The notes under the pieces are model-generated. The model did no database searches. It saw only the letters and a list, made by a program, of their open reading frames with translations, and had not been told where the DNA came from. Source: Haliotis rufescens (Eukaryota). Taken from it: a stretch of DNA of 64,000 nt. Positions 56,191 to 64,000 of this stretch are shown here, piece after piece (position 1 is the stretch's first letter; every line of letters begins with the position of its first letter). Location: NCBI RefSeq assembly GCF_023055435.1, contig NW_025964372.1, forward strand, positions 53,940,001 through 54,004,000, given 5' to 3'. Position numbers and translations under genes: made by a program.

Positions 56191-57834
56191 TACGTCATCA
56201 GCGGAGATAAATGCTACCTCAAAAAAAACATCTGTAGAACAACAAATACTTCTGGATTCCAAAACCGCAACCCTCCAATACTTATCCCGTTTCATAGCTC
56301 TTAACTAGTCCATCATGTTTCCAAGCAAATATAATGCAGTACATATCCTAAATTGCTACCTCGTCAACGCATGTCAATTAAGTACAATAACAGCAATATT
56401 TTGAGACCACACCCAACTCGGTGACATTTGCACCTGGGAGAATGCACGGGACTGTATGAGGTCATCACTTCAGGACAGGTGTTAGGTAATTACCTCAGGT
56501 TATAGGCCATTTCATACATACATGACAACACACGAATTATTTTATTTATAAGTTTATCATCATTTTACCTGTAAAAGTACATTTTAATGGTAATCACAGT
56601 GTCAGTTAGGACAGGCTAAATTAGGGCAATTCGCGTTATTTTGAAATATGCTCTTTTTATGGACATATGACTCGTATTTATAAATGAAGCCAGAAAAGCA
56701 GTTTTCTAGCATTCCCGACAGTTCTATAATCGGAATTCTCAAAGCACCTATGCGTTTCTTTTTTTTAAGAGTGTACATATCACCAAATGGAACATCGCAT
56801 AGAGCCAGACATATATCGCATTACATGAATAATCTTATAGAGCAGTATTTAGAGCATATAGATCATCGAATAAAATATTACATAAAACACTTAATAGAAC
56901 ATTGTACAGAAAGTCGTATAGAGCAGTATATTTAACATAACATAGGACATAGGAAACAAGACTATATATAGCACCAAATAGAAAATCGCACAAAGCATTA
57001 TCTATAGCTTTACAAATATCATTGCCAAGGGCATTATATAGAACACCACAAAGAACATCATGTAGATCACCACATAGAACGTTATAAAGAGCACGATGTA
57101 GACGTCGTATAGAACTTCATGTACATATTAATTAAGAACATCGCATAGAGTACTAAACAGACCATTGCCTACTGTATCTGTGGCGAGATGAATGAGGCTT
57201 AACAGGGAACTCGGGAGTATTTCACTTATAGAAGGACGTGCATACACGTGAGAGTGGCTGTTTGTACTAGTCACAAAATATAGGCCTGAGATACCATGCC
57301 GCAGTTTATCGGGGATACCTAACTCAGGCACATCATACTCCGAGCCGGCCAGGCTGCAAGTGCCATCTTTTACCGTCTCGGATACAGAGCATCCTACTGT
57401 GTATAAGTGATCGACCATTTAATATTCTGAGGGAGGGGGCATGGGACTTTATGGCAAAAAGTAAATTGTCCCCGTCAATTCTTGAAAAGAATAGTTATGC
57501 CCCAGACTATTGAAAACAAGAGAAATTTCCTACCACAAAAATTACAGTGTTGCAAGGTGGTTTTCTTTAAAACAAATATATTTCAGGCTCATAGTTTTCA
57601 AAAAAGGAAAATGTCTTGTTTTGTAGGTGTTACTGCAATAAAATATCTAATCTCGATACAAAATCCCTTCAGAGCATCGAATAGAGAATACTTTAGAAAC
57701 GGGAATGTATCATTACATAGAATTTTATAACGGCTTTCTTTTAGGGCCTCATGTCGAGCATCTCATTTCATGGAGTATCGCACACGGTCGTATAGTAGTT
57801 TAGGTCACAGAACATTATAGAGAACACCGGAACT

Positions 57835-58650
57835 TGCAGCTGACGGGCCTTTCAAGACAGGAGATATATATCTTGTTCCCAGCTGATGGGTCCTCAAAGA
57901 CAGGAGATATATGTCCTCGACCCAGCTGATGGGTGCTCAAAGACAGGAGATATATGTCCTCAACCCAGCTGAAGGGTCCTCAAAGACAGGAGATATATGT
58001 CCTCAACACAGCTGATGGGTGTTCAAAGACAGGAGATGTATATCCTCAACCCAGCTGATGGGTCCTCAAAGACAGGAGATGTATATCCTCAACCCAGCTG
58101 ATGGATCCTCAAAGACAGGAGATATATGTCCTAAACCCAGCTGATGGGTGCTCAAAGACAGGAGATATATGTCCTCAACCCAGCTGATGGGTGCTCAAAG
58201 ACAGGATATATATATCCTCAACCCAGCTGATGGGTCCTCAAAGACAGGAGATATATGTCCTCAACCCAGCTGATGGGTCCTCAAAGACAGGAGATGTATA
58301 TCCTCAACCCAGCTGATGGATCCTCAAAGACAGGAGATATATGTCCTCAACACAGCTGATGGGTGCTCAAAGACAGGAGATATATGTCCTCAACCCAGCT
58401 GATGGGTCCTCAAAGACAGGAGATGTATATCCTCAACCCAGCTGATGGGTGCTCAAAGACAGGAGATGTATGTCCTCAACCCAGCTGATGGGTCCTCAAA
58501 GACAGGATATGTATATCCTCAACCCAGCAGATGGGTCCTCAAAGACAGGATATGTATATCCTCAACCCAGCTGATGGGTGCTCAAAGACAGGAGATGTAT
58601 GTCCTCAACCCAGCTGAGGAGTCCTCAAAGACAGGTGATATATGTCTTAA
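57835..58650. repeat. 43-bp minisatellite, ~19 copies
   Basis: Unit cccagctgatgggtcctcaaagacaggagatatatgtcctcaa. Confidence 0.96.
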
Positions 58651-60117
58651 TCCCTGCTCTGTCATCAGGGAATGGAACTGTCTCGGGTAATAGAACCTCC
58701 GGTTGATGAAGCTATGACGTACTGCAAAGTTCAAGTTGCAGCTGTTCATATCACTTGCTAAAATAATACACAACCACTAGATGACATCTACTGCAATATA
58801 TAGATGTACATTATGAAAAGTAATATGTTGAATTAAGAATGTAGATTGAGGTCCCGTGTCTTCAGAAGAGCCCAATGACGCCATATATATAAATATCTCA
58901 TTCTATAGCTAATAATTAAATCTCTTTTATGAAATGTCTGTGGACCTCGCAATATATTGCACATTTTGTATGTCTCAGTATCGATGGTGTCACCCACACT
59001 ACACCCGACTAAATGGACCAATTGTTATTAAGTCGACCAGTTTGACGGAGTTTTAAAGACATATAATTGAAAATCTTGTCACTTATTTCCATCGTTTCCT
59101 TCAGGGTAGTGGGCACCGTGAGCAGCAGGTCGGCGAGCACTGAGTCCCCTAGTCGCAATTACTGATGGCAAAGTCCGCTCAATGAGATTAGCTACTTCAC
59201 GCTTCCACATCTTGCCGCGCAACCACACAACGTTTTCTCCGTATTTTAATCTGCGCAGCCCTCCATGTCGTATGATAATTGATGAATATAGTAGACTTTA
59301 CGTGTAAAGGTGGGCCTAATACCCCATGAAAGGCTTTCAGTATTATGGAGTGGTGAAGTCAGTGTAGAAATAAAGACGGGGACACGAAGAAGAGAGGTCT
59401 TTGTGTAACCACCAGCTCTCTGTAGGCGAGCCATTCAGCCTTTTGCAGGACTTACACCGTTCAGCTCAAAGGTATCAATAGACGGGGGTCATTCGTTTTC
59501 CAATTTGCTCCTCCAATAGCGAGAGTCTGAGCAAAGCCCAACAAAACCGTTTGTCCCCAGTAATAAATATTATAATGATATGAACCGGATAAACCCGTGT
59601 AGGGTGGTGGTGAAAAGTGTGACCTCTGGTGTACTCGCGTCGTAATATGTCCTGCTCCGAGAGACTGACATACCAACTCCGCTATTCGTTAAAACATATT
59701 GACCGGACGTCAACAAAGCTCCTTGCTTTATGTCACAAAAGTCAATTTCCCCAACTCCTCCATCTGCAGACGTTTCCAATGAAAGTCGTGGTGGATTATT
59801 ACTCTCACCAATTTCTATTGTGCTATTATTGTGCCCTGTTGTTGTCAACAAAGCAGCAATCCAATACCTAGATGTCTCTTCAGGGCTCATTGTGCACCGC
59901 TACAAGTCTGTTATTAGCTTTACATATGTCGCAGCTCTGTGCCCGCTCTGTTTAATGTCGACTAATGCCGCGATTCATCGCTCGACATCAAGTACCGTCA
60001 GCTATTTAATATGTGTTTTACAACGCAGACCTGCCTAGGGGCGGGGTAAATCTGTAAGCCACGTGTTGAAACCACGCCCCTTTCTCCTCAGAGGACGCTC
60101 CGCCTGTAGAGAATATA

Positions 60118-60245
60118 TATTGCCTACACTATTTGTTACATGTAACACACAACGTCCCCCCTTTGCGGTCAATATTGCCTACACTATTGTTACATGTAAC
60201 ACACAACGCCCCCCCTTTGCAGTCAATATTGCCTACACTATTGTT
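60118..60245. repeat. ~55-bp tandem duplication, ~2.4 copies
   Basis: tattgcctacactatt(t)gttacatgtaacacacaacg.ccccctttgc.gtcaa repeated. Confidence 0.88.
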
Positions 60246-60334
60246 ATTTTGTCCACATTGTTCTTATCTTCTTATTCTGGTTGATGACACACATGTGTAC
60301 ACTGACAACAAATGATTATATTCCCTACATATCT

Positions 60335-63300
60335 TATGCATATTCCGTATTGATATACATAGTCCCTCCATCTGTTGTACACATTCCATATTGATATAAA
60401 TAGTCCCTCCATCTGTGATACATATCCCGTATTGATATACATAGTCCCTCCATCTGCTGTATATATATCATATTGATATACATAGTCCCTCCATCTGTGA
60501 TACATATCCCGTATTGATATACATTGTCCCTCCGTCTGTTGTACATATTCCTTTTTGATATACATATTCACTCCATCTGTTGTACATATATCGTATTGAT
60601 ATACATATTCACTCCATCTGTTGTACATATTCCGTTTTGATATACATATTTCCTCCATCTGTTGTACAAAGTCCGTACTGATAATTCATTCATTATACAT
60701 ATTCCCTCCATCTGTTATACATATTCCGTATTGACATACATATTCCCTCGATCTGTTGTACATATTCCGTATTAATATACATATTCCCTCCATCTGTTGT
60801 ACATATTCCGTATCAATATACATATTCCCTCCATCTGTTGTACATATTCCGTATTGATATACACATTCCCTCCATCTGTTGTACATACACCGTATTCATA
60901 TACATATACGCTCCACCTGTTGCACATATTCCGTATTGATATACATATTCCATATATCTGTTGTACATATTCCGTATTAATATACATATTCCCTCCATCT
61001 GTTGTACATATTCCGTATTAATATACATATTCCCTCCATCTGTTATACATATTCCGTATTGACATACATATTCCCTCCATCTGTTGTACATATTCCGTAT
61101 CAATATACATATTCCCTCCATCTGTTGTACATATTCCGTATTGACATACATATTCCCTCCATCTGTTGCACATATTCCGTATTGATATACATATACGCTC
61201 CATCTGTTATACATATTCCGTATCAATATACATATTCCCTCCATCTGTTGTACATATTCCGTATCAATATACATATTCTATACATCTGTTGTACATATTC
61301 CACACACATGTTTTACATATTCCGTATTGACATACATATTCCCTCCATCTGTTGTACATATTCCGTATCAATATACATATACGCTCCATCTGTTATACAT
61401 ATTCCGTATCAATATACATATTCCCTCCATCTGTTGTACATATTCCGTATCAATATACATATTCCCTCCATCTGTTATACATATTCCGTATCAATATACA
61501 TATTCCCTCCATCTGTTGTACATATTCCGTATCAATATACATATACGCTCCATCTGTTGTACATATTTCGTATTAATATACATATTCCCTCCATCTGTTG
61601 CACATATTCCGTATTGATATACATATTCCCTCCATCTGTTGTACATATTCCTCATTGATATACATATTCCCTCCATCTGTTGTACATATTCCGTATTAAT
61701 ATACATATTCCCTCCATCTGTTATACATATTCCGTATTGACATACATATTCCCTCCATCTGTTGTACATATTCCGTATCAATATACATATACGCTCCATC
61801 TGTTGTACATATTTCGTATTAATATACATATTCCCTCCATCTGTTGCACATATTCCGTATTGATATACATATTCCCTCCATCTGTTGTACATATTCCTCA
61901 TTGATATACATATTCCCTCCATCTGTTGTACATATTCCGTATTAATATACATATTCCCTCCATCTGTTGTACATATTCCGTATTGATATACATATTCCCT
62001 CCATCTGTTGTACATATTCCGTATTAATATACATATTCCCTCCATCTGTTGTACATATTCCGTATTGATATACATATTCCCTCCATCTGTTGTACATATT
62101 CCGTATTGATATACATATTCCCTCCATCTGTTGCACATATTCCGTATTGATATACATATTCCATATATCTGTTGTACATATTCCGTATTGATATACATAT
62201 TCCCTCCATCTGTTGTACATATTCCGTATTGATATACATATTCCCTCCATCTGTTGTACATATTCCGCATTGATATACATATTCCCTCCATCTGTTGTAC
62301 ATATTCCGTATTAATATACATATTCCCTCCATCTGTTGTACATATTCCGTATTGATATACATATTCCCTCCATCTGTTGTACATATTCCGTATTGATATA
62401 CATATTCCCTCCATCTGTTGTACATATTCCGCATTGATATACATATTCCCTCCATCTGTTGTACATACACCGTATTCATATACATATACGCTCCACCTGT
62501 TGCACATATTCCGTATTGATATACATATTCCATACACCTGTTGTACATATTCCGCATTGATATACATATTCTATACACCTGTTGTACATATTCCGTATTG
62601 ATATACATATTTCCTCCATCTGTTGTACAAAGTCCGTACTGATAATTCATTCATTATACATATTCCCTCCATCTGTTGTACATATTCCGCATTGATATAC
62701 ATATTCCATATATCTGTTGTACATATTGAGTATTAATATACACATTCCCTTCATCTGTTGTACATATTCCGTATCAATATACATATTCCCTCCATCTGTT
62801 GTACATATTCCGTATTGATATACATATTTCCTCCATCTGTTGTACAAAGTCCGTACTGATAATTCATTCATTATACATATTCCCTCCATCTGTTGTACAT
62901 ATTCCGCATTGATATACATATTCCCTTCATCTGTTGTACATATTCCGTATTGATATACATATTCCCTCCATCTGTTGTACATATTCCGTATTGATATACA
63001 TATTCCCTCCATCTGTTGTACATATTCCGTATTAATATACATATTCCCTCCATCTGTTGTACATATTCCGTATTAATATACATATTCCCTCCATCTGTTG
63101 TACATATTCCGCATTGATATACATATTCCATACATCCGTTGTACATACACCGTTTTCATATACATATACGCTCCACCTGTTGTACATATTCTGTTTTGAT
63201 ATACATATTCCATATATCTGTTGTACATATATTCCGTATTGATATACATATTCCATACATCTGTTGTACATATTCCGTATTGATATACATATTCCCTCCA

Positions 63301-63990
63301 TCTGTTGTACATAAACCGTATTGATATACATATTCCACACACATGTTGTACATATTCCTCATTGATATACATATTCCCTCAATCTGTTGTACATATTCCG
63401 CATTGATATACATATACGCTCCATCTGTTGTACATATTTCGTATTGATATACATATTCCCTCCATCTGTTGTACATATTCCGCATTGATATAAATATTCC
63501 ATACATCTGTTGTTTATATTCCGCATTGATATACATATTCTATACATCTGTTGTATATATTCCGGATTGATATACATATTCTATACATCTGTTGTACATA
63601 TTCCGTATTGATATACATATTCCCTCAATCTGTTGTACATATTCCGCATTGATATACATATACGCTCCATCTGTTGTACATATTTCGTATTGATATACAT
63701 ATTCCCTCCATCTGCTGTACATATTCCGCATTGATATACATATTCCATACATCTGTTGTACATATTCCGTATTAATAAACATATTCCCTCCATCTGTTGT
63801 ACATATTCCGCATTGATATACATATTCCATACATCTGTTGTACATATTCCGTATTGATATACATATTCCCTCCATCTGTTATACATATTCCGTAATGATA
63901 TACATATTCCCTCCATCTGTTGTACATATTCCGCATTGATATACATATTCTATACATCTGTTGTTCATGTATCGTATTGATATCATACAT
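60335..63990. repeat. 41-bp minisatellite (dimer of ~20-bp subunits), ~89 copies
   Basis: Unit catattccctccatctgttgtacatattccgtattgatata. The variant aaagtccgtactgataattcattcatt recurs at ~60668, 62628 and 62846. Confidence 0.97.
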
Positions 63991-64000
63991 ATCCCATGCA

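Larger units (their letters stand above)
53083..56773 (-). mobile_element. Tc1-family DNA transposon with TIRs and TA target duplication (contains nested insertions)
   Basis: TA|CACTCTTCAAAAAAAGGAACGCA at 53081 and TGCGTTTCTTTTTTTTAAGAGTG|TA ending 56775. Transposase relic inside. Confidence 0.92.
52660..57150. repeat. Degenerate ~230-bp AT-rich tandem repeat split by the Tc1 insertion
   Basis: agaacattgtaca at 52841 and 53072. Joining 53082 to 56776 restores agaacattgta|catatcaccaaatggaacatcgcatagagc, matching 52841-52881. Confidence 0.75.

Noticed and set aside
55335-56414. 15-bp inverted match gggtggtctcaaaa / ttttgagaccacaccc as TIRs of the Sailor-like relic
   Set aside because: The left copy abuts the apparent coding region, there is no TSD, and the match does not extend.
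57835-58650. Possible tandem hammerheads (ctgatgg..) in the 43-bp array
   Set aside because: Core is CTGATGG rather than CTGANGA, and there is no stem II-GAAA.
59090-59230. Possible plus-strand exon after tttccttcag acceptor
   Set aside because: All frames stop quickly, with no donor or recognisable homology.

Overview
Repeat-dense invertebrate nuclear DNA, probably a gastropod mollusc (the SINE-like repeats resemble abalone families as I recall them; unverified). The only host protein-coding gene I can support is a BarH/Barhl homeobox gene on the minus strand. Exon 1 CDS is 19279-18937 (eh1/FIL motif), followed by a ~14.6 kb intron and exon 2 at 4319-4079 (homeodomain to WYQNR). Its last exon is not visible (off-window or in the N gap). 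Roughly half the window is ~18 minisatellite arrays, many with 40-43 bp units, and these explain nearly all long ORFs. Mobile DNA includes three RTEX-like LINE relics, tRNA-derived SINEs (one intact with TSD), and a Tc1 element with TIRs and TA TSD that carries a nested DD~81E (Sailor-like) transposase relic and a SINE. The most notable items are: (i) a 224-bp near-perfect palindrome in the BarH intron encoding two back-to-back minimal hammerhead ribozymes; (ii) an adjacent LINE insertion with two outward-facing 3' tails inside one TSD; (iii) a 43-bp satellite that includes the BarH exon-2 splice donor; (iv) motif-rich unique islands between arrays that are candidate BarH cis-regulatory elements.
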